Positions 40,476 to 50,361 of a stretch of 64,000 bases of DNA are shown here, piece after piece. The stretch's first letter is position 1; each line of letters starts with the position of its first letter. The notes under the pieces were generated by a model. That model was not told the DNA's origin. It worked only from the letters and a program-made list of their open reading frames with translations, and searched no databases. The position numbers and the translations under genes were made by a program. Where the stretch lies: assembly GCA_963745835.1 (NCBI GenBank), contig CAVUZH010000003.1, positions 736,001 to 800,000 of the forward strand, in the 5' to 3' direction. The DNA comes from an uncultured delta proteobacterium. Lineage in GTDB: Bacteria > Desulfobacterota > Binatia > UBA9968.

Positions 40476-41354
40476 ATGACAACCCGCCCGCCTCTGGTGA
40501 GCGTCGTCATCCCGACTTACAACCGTTGGCCGATGATCGCTGAAGCCGTCCAGTCGGTTTTGGCTCAGACGTTTAACGCCTTCGAACTCATCATCGTTGA
40601 TGATGGATCGACTGATAACACCGCTCGCTTACTGAGCTCATGCGATTGCCGTTTAAAAGTAGTTTCTCAGCCGCGGGCCGGCGTTGCCGCCGCGCGTAAT
40701 GCCGGTGTGGCGATGTCGCGGGGGAAATATATTGCATTCCTCGATTCCGATGATCTTTGGTCGCCTGCGAAGCTAGAGATTCAAGCTGATTTCATGGGAC
40801 GAAATTCTGGCGTGCACATCTGCCAGACCGAGGAGATCTGGATTCGCCAAGGGGTCAGAGTTAATCCCAAATCAAGGCACCGAAAGCCGACCGGAGATAT
40901 TTTTCAGCGCTGTCTGGAACTTTGTTTGGTCAGTCCATCCGCGGTTATGATGACGAAAGAGCTGTTCTATTGGGCAGGCGGGTTCGACGAATCGTTTCCT
41001 GTGTGTGAGGACTATGATCTCTGGCTCCGTATCGCGGTTGGTCATCCCGTTTTTCTGATCGATCGCCCGCTGGTTACCAAGCGAGGCGGGCACGCTGATC
41101 AACTGTCACGTTCTCTTTGGGGCATGGACCGGTTCCGAGCGCTGGCCATCGTCAAGCTGCTGCGCGCCGGCCTTGGTGGCGAAAAAAGACAATGGGCCCT
41201 GGACTCACTCCGGCAGAAGACATCGATACTTGCTGCCGGTGCGGCAAAAAGGGGCAAGCTCGACGAAGCCCGAAAATTCGAAGCGTTACTGGCTGAATTT
41301 TTACAAGGAGCCGGGAATGACGGCACAAGCCATTCAGGAATATGCGCTGAGTAA
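40476..41354 (+). CDS. Glycosyltransferase family 2 protein
   Basis: VSVVIPTYNR, VDDGSTD, FLDSDD, EDYDLWLR, GGHADQLS. Confidence 0.9.
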   Translation: MTTRPPLVSVVIPTYNRWPMIAEAVQSVLAQTFNAFELIIVDDGSTDNTARLLSSCDCRLKVVSQPRAGVAAARNAGVAMSRGKYIAFLDSDDLWSPAKLEIQADFMGRNSGVHICQTEEIWIRQGVRVNPKSRHRKPTGDIFQRCLELCLVSPSAVMMTKELFYWAGGFDESFPVCEDYDLWLRIAVGHPVFLIDRPLVTKRGGHADQLSRSLWGMDRFRALAIVKLLRAGLGGEKRQWALDSLRQKTSILAAGAAKRGKLDEARKFEALLAEFLQGAGNDGTSHSGICAE

Positions 41355-41889
41355 AGGATTTCATCCGCACGTAAAACAGCGATGGCTTAGCTGGGATGCG
41401 AATGATGGGGCCGCGCTGCTTGAGGTCGCGCTCAGTTTGAAAGCAGGGGAAAATCATCTACGTGACCTGATGGATTGGCTGGAGGAAATTGCGCTTCGAG
41501 ACGGCATCGGGATCGGCGAACTTTTGCAGAGTAAGACAATCAGTGACATAAGAACGGACCCGCGCTTGGGACGCGCCGATCGACTCAAGCGCATCAAGGA
41601 TCAGATCAGACGAATGCGGTTCCCACGTTTGAGCCAAATCGAGGATTCAGTTCAATCAAAGATTCGTCAGCTCAAGCTGCCGTCCGCTGTCAGGGTATCG
41701 GTTCCGGCGGGACTCGAGGGTGGGGATCTGCAGGTTGAATTTACCGCGGTAAGTCCTGCTGAATTTAAGAATATTCTAGCAAAGCTCGGCGCGGCGGCAG
41801 AAAGCGAAAGCTTGGCGGAAATCTTTATGCTCTTAAACGGCTCGGCAAATGGCGAACCCGGCGCAGCGCCCAGATCATCAGCATGCTGA
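41317..41889 (+). CDS. Hypothetical helical protein coupled to the SPL-like gene
   Basis: RBS AAGGAG, ATG 41317; overlaps both neighbours; RRMRFPRL and LEG motifs, no catalytic motif seen. Confidence 0.7.
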   Translation: MTAQAIQEYALSKGFHPHVKQRWLSWDANDGAALLEVALSLKAGENHLRDLMDWLEEIALRDGIGIGELLQSKTISDIRTDPRLGRADRLKRIKDQIRRMRFPRLSQIEDSVQSKIRQLKLPSAVRVSVPAGLEGGDLQVEFTAVSPAEFKNILAKLGAAAESESLAEIFMLLNGSANGEPGAAPRSSAC

Positions 41890-42977
41890 AATTCGAGCCG
41901 GAGGAAATTCTGATCGAGCGAGATTGCGAAAGCACGGCGATGGTGCGTCGTCTGAAAGCTGCGCTCCCGCAGACTCCTCTAAAAGTCGTTGACCATGGCC
42001 GAGAGCAAGTCACATTTGCGGCACCTCCGGCAGCCGATTTCGGCGCGGCAAAGAAGCGTCTTTACATTGCCAAGCACAAAGGAGACTTCTTAAAGAAATG
42101 CCCCGGCAGCGATGGCCAGGTCTGCTGCAACTATTTCGTTATCAATTTCGCCAGTAATTGTCCGATGGATTGCAGCTACTGCTACTTGCAAGAATATTTG
42201 GCGCACAATCCGGCGCTGAAAGTCTTCGCCAATGTCGATGATTTACTGGCTGAGGTAGACGAGCTGCTCAACAAGCACAGGCGCAACTTCTTTCGTATCG
42301 GAACCGGTGAGATTACCGACAGTTTGATACTAGATCCCTATATCGGATTTACGCGCGAGGTCGTGCCATTTTTCGCCGAACAACCGAACGCCTTGCTCGA
42401 GCTCAAAACCAAAAGCGACTGCGTGGAGGATCTATTGAATTTGGATCCAAAGGAGCGCGTGGTGGTTTCTTGGTCAATCAATCCACAGACGGTAATTGAC
42501 GACGAGGAGCACGGCACCGCATCACTGCTCGAGCGCCTGCAAGCGGCACGTCTCTGCCAGAATGCTGGGTATCGCCTCGGGTTCCATTTCGATCCGATGA
42601 TCGAGTACCCGGATTGGGATAAAGATTATGAAAAACTAGTCGAGCAACTGTTCGCGACCGTTGATTGGCGGCGCGTCTCATGGCTGAGTCTTGGAGTCCT
42701 GCGCAATACACCAGGGCTGAAGCGGGCCATGAGAGAGAGACTGCCCCGGACTCGTCTGCTTGCCGCAGAGCAAGTGCCCAATCCTGACGGCAAGCTGCGC
42801 TACCTCCAACCGCTACGCATCGAGATGTACCGCAAGATGCTCGGCTGGATCCGCCGCAGCGCGCCGACGGTCAAAGTCTACCTCTGCATGGAATCGAAAC
42901 ACGTCTGGCAAGAGGTTTTTGGTTACGCGCCGAGCTGCGAGAAAGAGTTGGGCGCGCAACTGGATCCGCGTGTATAA
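41883..42977 (+). CDS. Spore photoproduct lyase-like radical SAM protein
   Basis: CPMDCSYC (CxxxCxxC), upstream KCPG...CCNY, RIGTGEITDS, ELKTKS, GFHFDP, YLCME. Confidence 0.85.
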   Translation: MLKFEPEEILIERDCESTAMVRRLKAALPQTPLKVVDHGREQVTFAAPPAADFGAAKKRLYIAKHKGDFLKKCPGSDGQVCCNYFVINFASNCPMDCSYCYLQEYLAHNPALKVFANVDDLLAEVDELLNKHRRNFFRIGTGEITDSLILDPYIGFTREVVPFFAEQPNALLELKTKSDCVEDLLNLDPKERVVVSWSINPQTVIDDEEHGTASLLERLQAARLCQNAGYRLGFHFDPMIEYPDWDKDYEKLVEQLFATVDWRRVSWLSLGVLRNTPGLKRAMRERLPRTRLLAAEQVPNPDGKLRYLQPLRIEMYRKMLGWIRRSAPTVKVYLCMESKHVWQEVFGYAPSCEKELGAQLDPRV

Positions 42978-42986
42978 TTCTGTCTC

Positions 42987-43787
42987 ATGACCAACCGGGA
43001 CGATGCCATAGGCGTGTTCGACTCAGGGATCGGCGGGCTCACGGTACTGCAAAAATTAATCGAGATCCTGCCCAGTGAAAACACCGTTTATCTTGGGGAC
43101 ACCGCGAGAGCTCCTTACGGCACGAAGTCGGTTGAAACGGTGGTTCGCTATTCCTTTGAAAATACCGAATTCTTAATTGAGAAGGGCGTGAAGCTTGTGG
43201 TAGTTGCCTGCAATACCTCGACGGCTCTGGCTTTAGAATCCTTGCGGGGAAACGTGAACGTTCCTCTAGTCGGCGTGATCGAGCCCGGCGTTCGTAAAGC
43301 GCTTCAGATCACCAAAAACAAAAAGATCGGTGTCATTGGAACGGAAGCGACTATCCAAAGCGGCGCGTATACTAAAGCGCTGAAAACGCACTCTGGAGAT
43401 ATTGAAGTCTACAGCCGTGCCTGTCCTTTGTTCGTTCCCTTGGTCGAAGAGGGCTGGATCGACAACGGCGTCGCATCAATGACCGTTGAAGCATATCTCG
43501 GAAGCTTGAAACAAAGCGGCATCGATACCCTGATATTGGGATGCACCCATTACCCATTGCTGAAAAAGGCTATCCGGAATTATATGGGAAGTGCTGTACA
43601 GCTGGTCGATTCCGCGGAAGAAATTGCCAGGGACGTAGGAACGGCACTTGAGAAGCAATCCCTTGCCCGTAGAGAAGGCATCGGCAATCACAGCTTTTTC
43701 GTCACAGATGCGCCCGATCGATTCATCAAAGTCGGCGGACGATTTCTCGGAGAGAAAGTCGAGTCCGCGGTGCGTATCGAGCGCTGA
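42987..43787 (+). CDS. murI: Glutamate racemase
   Basis: IGVFDSGIGGLTV, PYGTKS, ACNTS, LGCTHYP. Confidence 0.96.
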   Translation: MTNRDDAIGVFDSGIGGLTVLQKLIEILPSENTVYLGDTARAPYGTKSVETVVRYSFENTEFLIEKGVKLVVVACNTSTALALESLRGNVNVPLVGVIEPGVRKALQITKNKKIGVIGTEATIQSGAYTKALKTHSGDIEVYSRACPLFVPLVEEGWIDNGVASMTVEAYLGSLKQSGIDTLILGCTHYPLLKKAIRNYMGSAVQLVDSAEEIARDVGTALEKQSLARREGIGNHSFFVTDAPDRFIKVGGRFLGEKVESAVRIER

Positions 43788-43888
43788 TTGAGTTCGTTTT
43801 GTTTTATGCGCGAATCTTGTAAGCTATTAACCAGCTAATTCCCTGCGCAAGCACCGCTCCGGTCCATCTTTGAGGGTAGAGTCTTAAC

Positions 43889-46800
43889 ATGTTGAACCTA
43901 ATCAAAAAGATAGTTGGCACTAAGAACGACCGGGAAGTTAAACGGATTCGTCCTTACGTCGACAAAATTAATAGCTTCGAGGCGCAATTCCAAAGCCTTA
44001 GAGATGACGATTTGGTGGCCAAGACTGAGGATTTCAAAAAGCGCATTTGCCTGGCAACAGCGCAGCTGAGGGCCGACTTGGAAGAAGCTCGGGCGCAAAC
44101 ACTGAATGCCGACAGCGAACAGCGCGAAGAACTCAAAAGCCGGGTTGAAGAGCTGGACAAAGAGTTACGCGAGGCCGAGGCGGCGGTTCTCGAAGAAATT
44201 TTACCGGAAGCGTTTGCCGCCGTGCGTGAAGCGTCGCGGCGGACGATCGGCCTGCGACACTTCGATGTTCAACTGATCGGCGGCACCGTACTTCACGAGG
44301 GCAAAATAGCCGAAATGAAAACCGGTGAGGGAAAGACGCTGGTGGCAACTTCGGCGTTATATCTGAACGCTCTTACCGGAAGGGGTGTTCATCTAATTAC
44401 TGTCAACGATTATTTGGCTCGCCGTGACGTGCAGTGGATGGGGCCGATCTTCCATCAGCTTGGCGTCTCGGTCGCTTCCATCGTTCATGATGCGAGCTTT
44501 CGCTTTGATCCGACTTTCTTAACCAAGGACTACCGTTTTCTCAATTTACGCCCCATCACTCGGCAGGAGGCTTACCTGGCCGATATTACCTATGGCACGA
44601 ATAACGAGTTTGGCTTCGATTACCTGCGCGACAATATGAAATTTTCGCTCGAAGAATATGTCCAACGCGAGCTAAACTACGCGGTAGTGGATGAAGTCGA
44701 TAACATTTTGATCGATGAGGCGAGAACCCCGTTGATCATCTCCGGTCCGGCAGAGGAGTCAACGGATAAATACTACGTTATCGATCGGATTATTCCTAAG
44801 TTGCAGCGCGGCGCCGTGATTCAAGGCGATCCAACCCAAGAAAAACGGGCGGCTATCGAAGCTCAAGGCGACTATACGGTCGACGAAAAAAGTCGGTCTG
44901 TGACCTTGACCGAAACCGGGGTTGCGAAAGTCGAACGGCTATTGGGAGTCCATAATCTTTATGACCCGCGGCAGATTGACACTTTGCATCATGTGCAGCA
45001 GGCGCTCAAGGCGCACGCGATTTTCAAGCGCGATGTTGATTATGTCGTCAAAGATGGCGAGGTCATTATTGTTGACGAGTTTACCGGACGGTTGATGCCC
45101 GGCCGGCGCTGGTCCGATGGATTGCATCAGGCGGTGGAAGCAAAAGAACGGGTCCACATACGAGAAGAAAATCAGACCCTGGCGACGATCACGATTCAGA
45201 ACTATTTCCGCATGTATAAGAAGCTCGCCGGTATGACTGGAACGGCAGATACCGAAGCACCTGAGTTCAAAAAGATTTACAAATTGGATGTCGTAGTGAT
45301 TCCGACCCACCGAAATATGGTTCGGAACGATCTTGCGGATGTAGTATATCGCTCAGACCAAGAAAAATACGACGCAGTCGTTCAAGAGATAGAAGAGCGT
45401 TACAAGAAGGGGCAACCAAATCTCGTTGGCACGACGTCGGTGGCAAAATCCGAGCGTTTATCTCGCATGCTGAAGAAGAAGGGAATTAAGCACAACGTTC
45501 TAAACGCCGTCAATCACGAAGCCGAGGCGACGATCATCGCCCAGGCAGGAAGATATGCGGCGGTGACGATTGCGACCAACATGGCTGGTCGTGGCACCGA
45601 CATTCTGCTTGGCGGAAATCCGGAGTTTCTAGCGCGGTCCGATATGGAGAATGAGTGGATCAACCGTGCGGCAAAGTTGCCGATTCAGGGAGCGGGGCGC
45701 TACGAAGATGCATTAAGAGAGTTGCGCGAGAGGTATGAGGACGAGGTTCGTAAAGCCGAAGCACAATATTTCAAACAGGGTGAACTCTTTCAGCAACAGC
45801 GCAGCGATGCCCTGAAGCGTACAACCGAGCTTCAGAAGGAGATTCGAGAAACCTCACCATTTCGTGAAACCCGCCTTCGCTTCGAAGATCTTTCCGCCAC
45901 AGAACTTATTGATGTGCTTCACGGAGGAAGAACAATCCCAAACAGCTATTTTCAATCGAAAGAAGAGTTGGAAACCGCTCTTCTGCAAAACTTTAACGGG
46001 AACACCTCCGAAGCCTACGATGCGTTCGAAGAGGCGCGACAGGAGTTCAGCGAGTTTCTTCAACGCTGGCAGCAAACAGCCGGGGAGCGGCCGGCTTTGG
46101 CGGAAGTTTTGGACGAGAAACGTCGAAACTATGAACAGCGCGTCGCCGATTTTGAATTCGAGGTTGCTCTTGCTGTGTTATCTACAGGCGAGCATGGCAA
46201 CATTGTAACCGAGTATAAAAAGACCCACGACGATTTCGAAACCGCCGAATTACGCTGCGAAGAGGTTCGGCAGCCGTATGAACAGGCCATCCAACGCGCG
46301 CAGAACGACTACGAATTAAAGCGGCAAGAGTACTTGCGTATGGTTGACGAAATCCGCGAACAGCTGGATAAAGCTCCGGATGAATATCGCCAACGGTTCA
46401 ATGAGGTTCTTGAAAACTATAAGACGACGTGCGCGGAGGAACGTGAGAAGGTGATTGAGGCAGGTGGCCTCCACATTCTCGGTACCGAGCGTCACGAGAG
46501 CAGGCGCATCGATAATCAGCTGCGTGGACGCGCTGGTCGCCAAGGCGATCCGGGCTCGTCACGTTTTTATCTGTCTCTTGAGGACGATTTGATGCGCATT
46601 TTCGGCGCAGACCGAATCCAGGGAATTATGAGCCGGCTGGGAATGGAGGATGGCGAACCGATTGAGCACGGGCTCGTGACTCGGGCAATTGAGAATGCTC
46701 AAAAGAAGGTCGAGGCGCACAACTTCGATATCCGTAAACATCTGTTGGAATATGATGACGTTCTGAATAAACAGCGCGAGGTTATCTATAGCCAGAGACG

Positions 46801-47488
46801 GGAAGTGCTGAAGGGGGAAACTCTTAAGGAAGACGTGCTGGAGATGGCCCACGGAATCGCCGAAGAGACAGTGGCACGTTATACCGACAAGGATAGTCAT
46901 CCTTCGGATTGGGACTGGGCAGGTCTCAATGAGGGGTTCCATCATAATTTCAACCTGTCGTTCATGGTCAACACGGATGAGCAGGAAAGCCTGGCTGTGG
47001 ATCCGTTAGTCGAACTGGCCACAGAGCGGGTGAGCCGGGCTTACGAAGATAAGGAGGCGCGCTTCAGCGCGCCCATGCTCAGGCAGCTCGAAAAGATCAT
47101 CATGCTTCAAACCATTGACACACTTTGGAAAGACCACCTTCTAAATATGGATCATCTTAAAGAGGGTATTGGGCTGCGCGGCTATGGTCAGAAGAATCCG
47201 CTTCAGGAATATCAGAAGGAAGGTTTCGCCCTGTTTGAAGATATGGTGCATCGTATCCAAGAGGATGTCGTGCAGAAGCTGTTTACAGTAGAGATCGCGC
47301 GCGAAAGCACTGCTTCGATAGCCGATCTGGAAGGCCAACAACGAGCTCAGCAGGTTATGCTAAGCCATGGGTCTGAAAGTATCGAAGCGGAACGGCCCTT
47401 AGCTAAACGACACAGTGATAAAATCGGAAGAAACGATCCATGCCCGTGCGGCAGTGGCCGAAAGTACAAGCGTTGTTGCGGTAAATGA
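43889..47488 (+). CDS. secA: Preprotein translocase ATPase SecA (1199 aa, with large insertions)
   Basis: [86 protein letters not shown]. Confidence 0.97.
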   Translation: MLNLIKKIVGTKNDREVKRIRPYVDKINSFEAQFQSLRDDDLVAKTEDFKKRICLATAQLRADLEEARAQTLNADSEQREELKSRVEELDKELREAEAAVLEEILPEAFAAVREASRRTIGLRHFDVQLIGGTVLHEGKIAEMKTGEGKTLVATSALYLNALTGRGVHLITVNDYLARRDVQWMGPIFHQLGVSVASIVHDASFRFDPTFLTKDYRFLNLRPITRQEAYLADITYGTNNEFGFDYLRDNMKFSLEEYVQRELNYAVVDEVDNILIDEARTPLIISGPAEESTDKYYVIDRIIPKLQRGAVIQGDPTQEKRAAIEAQGDYTVDEKSRSVTLTETGVAKVERLLGVHNLYDPRQIDTLHHVQQALKAHAIFKRDVDYVVKDGEVIIVDEFTGRLMPGRRWSDGLHQAVEAKERVHIREENQTLATITIQNYFRMYKKLAGMTGTADTEAPEFKKIYKLDVVVIPTHRNMVRNDLADVVYRSDQEKYDAVVQEIEERYKKGQPNLVGTTSVAKSERLSRMLKKKGIKHNVLNAVNHEAEATIIAQAGRYAAVTIATNMAGRGTDILLGGNPEFLARSDMENEWINRAAKLPIQGAGRYEDALRELRERYEDEVRKAEAQYFKQGELFQQQRSDALKRTTELQKEIRETSPFRETRLRFEDLSATELIDVLHGGRTIPNSYFQSKEELETALLQNFNGNTSEAYDAFEEARQEFSEFLQRWQQTAGERPALAEVLDEKRRNYEQRVADFEFEVALAVLSTGEHGNIVTEYKKTHDDFETAELRCEEVRQPYEQAIQRAQNDYELKRQEYLRMVDEIREQLDKAPDEYRQRFNEVLENYKTTCAEEREKVIEAGGLHILGTERHESRRIDNQLRGRAGRQGDPGSSRFYLSLEDDLMRIFGADRIQGIMSRLGMEDGEPIEHGLVTRAIENAQKKVEAHNFDIRKHLLEYDDVLNKQREVIYSQRREVLKGETLKEDVLEMAHGIAEETVARYTDKDSHPSDWDWAGLNEGFHHNFNLSFMVNTDEQESLAVDPLVELATERVSRAYEDKEARFSAPMLRQLEKIIMLQTIDTLWKDHLLNMDHLKEGIGLRGYGQKNPLQEYQKEGFALFEDMVHRIQEDVVQKLFTVEIARESTASIADLEGQQRAQQVMLSHGSESIEAERPLAKRHSDKIGRNDPCPCGSGRKYKRCCGK

Positions 47489-47573
47489 CCCGTATTCTAT
47501 GACATCGGCATGTAAGGCGTCAGCGCTTCGGAAGGAATTCTAATATCTTTAGTGTGGGCTTGCGATTATTAGT

Positions 47574-48953
47574 TCAGTGCGCCGTAAATATAGCGGTTGG
47601 TTCACGTGCCTCCTCGTAATCTGAAACCGCACGGCGCCTATTGCCCGCCCCAAGTTTAATAATATTATCTGTAAAAGCGTTTAAGTCCTTAGTGGCATTC
47701 CTTGTATCGATCACTAACCGTGCTCCCGCAACAACTGTTTTAAAATCATAGTCGCTGTGGTCGGTCAGGATGATAACGCAGTCTTGCTGGGCGATTAAAT
47801 CTGACGATAACTGCGTTGAGTTTATTGTATTTTTACCCAAGCGAAGAGTTGGAACATAGGGATCGTTATAGATAAGGTTAGCTCCCTTGTCGCTGAGCAT
47901 GCGCATCACATCCAGAGCTGGAGACTCCCTGCAATCACTGACGTTCTTTTTATAGGCAACGCCTAGAACTAAAATCTTGGCGTTGCGTATGCTCTTTGCC
48001 GCCTGGTTTAGGCCGTCCGCGACCAAGCTGGTTACTACCGCCGGCATCATTCCATTAATTTCTGAAGCCAATTCAATGAACCGTGCTTGGAAGTTTAACG
48101 CCTTGAGTTTCCAAGCAAGGTAATGGGGATCAATCGGAATGCAGTGTCCGCCTAAGCCAGGACCCGGGTAAAAGGGTATAAAGCCGAAAGGTTTTGTCGC
48201 GGCTGCATCAATGACCTCGTAAACATCCACTCCCAGTAAATCGCACATCTGCGCCATCTCGTTGACCATACCGATATTGACGCTGCGAAAGGTATTCTCC
48301 AGAAGCTTCACCATCTCTGCGCATTTGGTGCTGGTGACCGGAAAAACCTTCTCAATAAACTGGGAATAGAAGAGGTGGGCGATCTCGGTACATTCCGGCG
48401 TAATGCCGCCAACGATCTTCGGCGTATTGCGGGTTGTGTACGCCGTATTTCCTGGATCAATGCGCTCGGGGGAAAAAGCCAAATAGAAATCCGCCCCAAC
48501 CTTGAGTCCGGAGCCGCTTAACTCGGGAAGAATCAGCTCCTCCGTGGTGCCCGGATAAGTGGTACTTTCAAGCACGATCAACTGCCCATTATGTAAATAT
48601 TTCCGAATCTCTTCCGTGGCGGCCAAAATAAACGAGATGTCAGGATCGCGACTTTTGCTAAGAGGTGTCGGAACGCAAATGCTCACGCTGTCGGCTCTGG
48701 CTAAGCTACTAAAGTCTGACGTAGGAAAGAAACGCTGGGAGCTAATGGCGGCGGAAATGATTTGATCATCGACATCGCGAATGTAGGACGTGCCTTCTTT
48801 AAGAGCAGCGATCTTTTTGCGGTCAAGATCAATTCCTATGACATCGAAGCCAGCTGCAACCATTTCCATTGCCAGCGGCAACCCGACGTAACCCAATCCG
48901 ATCACGGCTGCAGTCGCTTTGCGGCTCTCGATTAGCTTTCTGATTGTATTCAA
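47574..48953 (-). CDS. UDP-N-acetylhexosamine 6-dehydrogenase (WbpA-like nucleotide-sugar dehydrogenase)
   Basis: GLGYVGLP, CVPTP, ESTTYPGTT, SPERIDPGN, GPGLGGHCIPIDP, D-RESP; TTG start overlaps the upstream TGA. Confidence 0.92.
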   Translation of the reverse strand: MNTIRKLIESRKATAAVIGLGYVGLPLAMEMVAAGFDVIGIDLDRKKIAALKEGTSYIRDVDDQIISAAISSQRFFPTSDFSSLARADSVSICVPTPLSKSRDPDISFILAATEEIRKYLHNGQLIVLESTTYPGTTEELILPELSGSGLKVGADFYLAFSPERIDPGNTAYTTRNTPKIVGGITPECTEIAHLFYSQFIEKVFPVTSTKCAEMVKLLENTFRSVNIGMVNEMAQMCDLLGVDVYEVIDAAATKPFGFIPFYPGPGLGGHCIPIDPHYLAWKLKALNFQARFIELASEINGMMPAVVTSLVADGLNQAAKSIRNAKILVLGVAYKKNVSDCRESPALDVMRMLSDKGANLIYNDPYVPTLRLGKNTINSTQLSSDLIAQQDCVIILTDHSDYDFKTVVAGARLVIDTRNATKDLNAFTDNIIKLGAGNRRRAVSDYEEAREPTAIFTAH

Positions 48954-49654
48954 GTGAGAACGCCTTCCGTGCTTTTTACGTGTTGTTTTTCGACGGAACG
49001 AATCGCCTTAAACTCCTGTATCTTGATATTGTAGCGGTCGATTAATTCATAGAGATTGACCCGACTAATCCCCAAGTCTTTCGCGGCGCGACTGACAATT
49101 CCATTATTTCTCGAGAGAGCCTTTTTAATGAAATCAGCTTCAATAGCTTTCTTTGCGAACTTTAGATTTATACCATCCGGAATACGACCAGCAAAGCTAA
49201 ACTCTGTCGGTTTAAGCACATGGGGAATATTTAAGCTGTTTTCCTGTAGGCATGTTTCCTGTAGCCTTTGCTGCAAGTGCTGCATGTGAAAGGCTCGTCG
49301 GACGATGAGTTTAATTTCGTCCAGGCGGATTGGTTTGGAACAATAATCGAACGCTCCCAACCGTACGGCCTCCAACGCGCTGCTCTCCTCCTTGCTTGCC
49401 GTGATCACGACTACTCGCGTCGAAGGGGCACGCTTAAGAAACTGCTCAAGAAGTCGCAACCCAGTGACATCGTCTGGATTCTCCTTATTCAAGGACAATT
49501 CCAAAGTAACCACTGCTGGCTTCTTATCCGCGAAGATTTGTCTCGCTTCCTCTTCCTTTGTAGCGGTGAAGATCTCATAGTCAAACTCCAATGCCGGACT
49601 TATTTGGGCAAGAACATCCTCCTCCTCATCGACTATGAGTATTCTAGGTTTCAC
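48950..49654 (-). CDS. Atypical response regulator: PrsR-like receiver (Asp->Glu) fused to Fis-type HTH, no AAA+ domain
   Basis: ILIVDEE...PAVVTLELSL...VVVIT...GAFDYCSKP, short linker, then NLKFAKKAIEADFIKKAL...SRAAKDLGISRVNLY; only 234 aa. Confidence 0.8.
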   Translation of the reverse strand: MKPRILIVDEEEDVLAQISPALEFDYEIFTATKEEEARQIFADKKPAVVTLELSLNKENPDDVTGLRLLEQFLKRAPSTRVVVITASKEESSALEAVRLGAFDYCSKPIRLDEIKLIVRRAFHMQHLQQRLQETCLQENSLNIPHVLKPTEFSFAGRIPDGINLKFAKKAIEADFIKKALSRNNGIVSRAAKDLGISRVNLYELIDRYNIKIQEFKAIRSVEKQHVKSTEGVLT

Positions 49655-49975
49655 GCTTTCGTTCCTTTCCGACGCTTCTGATAGCGGTGTTGATGTTTTT
49701 TCTGAATTCAGAGTTTGTACCCGTAGCTATGTCGAGTGATCCGAAACAGCTTCGCAATGAAGCGGTTGTAAGTGCTCGAGTCTGTATCTCGATCTCATTC
49801 CCAGCAATTTGCACGATCGAAGTTGGTGGCGTTCAGGAAGCGGTCGTCACGTTTTTCATGTTTCCGATTAACAGAAGATGCAGATCGAACCGGAGCGCGA
49901 TGAAAATTTACATAACGGCTACTTCGCAGTACAACAAATTCATGACCTGACATTGAGATCAACGCGGTTAGCAGG

Positions 49976-49992
49976 AGCAAAGTTGATACCGC
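49976..49992 (-). promoter_or_regulatory. Putative sigma54 promoter for the atypical regulator / dehydrogenase operon
   Basis: Minus strand GCGGTATCAACTTTGCT, GG-N10-GC with TTTGCT; ~320 nt upstream of the start. Confidence 0.45.
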
Positions 49993-50239
49993 TGAGATCT
50001 TACCGAAAGCCGGTTAATTAGACTCTACGGATTAAAATCTCGCGGGCAATTGTGTCTAGATAACAACTATCCAGCCGTTTTGGAGGCAGTAGTGGCCATA
50101 CTTCTTTCTGTCGGCAGCATGGTTCACTCACCGAAGTTTGGGCCGCACACAAATCTAAGAGATTTCATGAAATATAATAGTTAAATACCTAAGGTACGGC
50201 TACTTTAACTTATTATGTCCGGCGGGATGATGTCTATGC

Positions 50240-50262
50240 AACTGTAAGAGTTTTTGACAGTT
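50240..50262. promoter_or_regulatory. Palindromic TGT-N11-ACA site, candidate enhancer-binding-protein operator
   Basis: AACTGT-AAGAGTTTTTG-ACAGTT in the divergent AT-rich intergenic region. Confidence 0.45.
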
Positions 50263-50361
50263 TGGCTTGCTTATCTAGCCTCAGTATGGCAAAAGTAGGG
50301 TTCATTTTGGTTATCGCTCTTTTGATCACTTCTTCTTCGTATAAACCGTGTAGCGGCAACT

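Noticed and set aside
45611-46470. Intein or mobile insertion in secA
   Set aside because: No Cys/Ser start with His-Asn end, no LAGLIDADG motif, no terminal repeats; composition is that of a helical coiled coil.
49687-49980. Small ORFs in the divergent regulatory region
   Set aside because: No convincing RBS or motif; the region is better explained as promoter and leader DNA.
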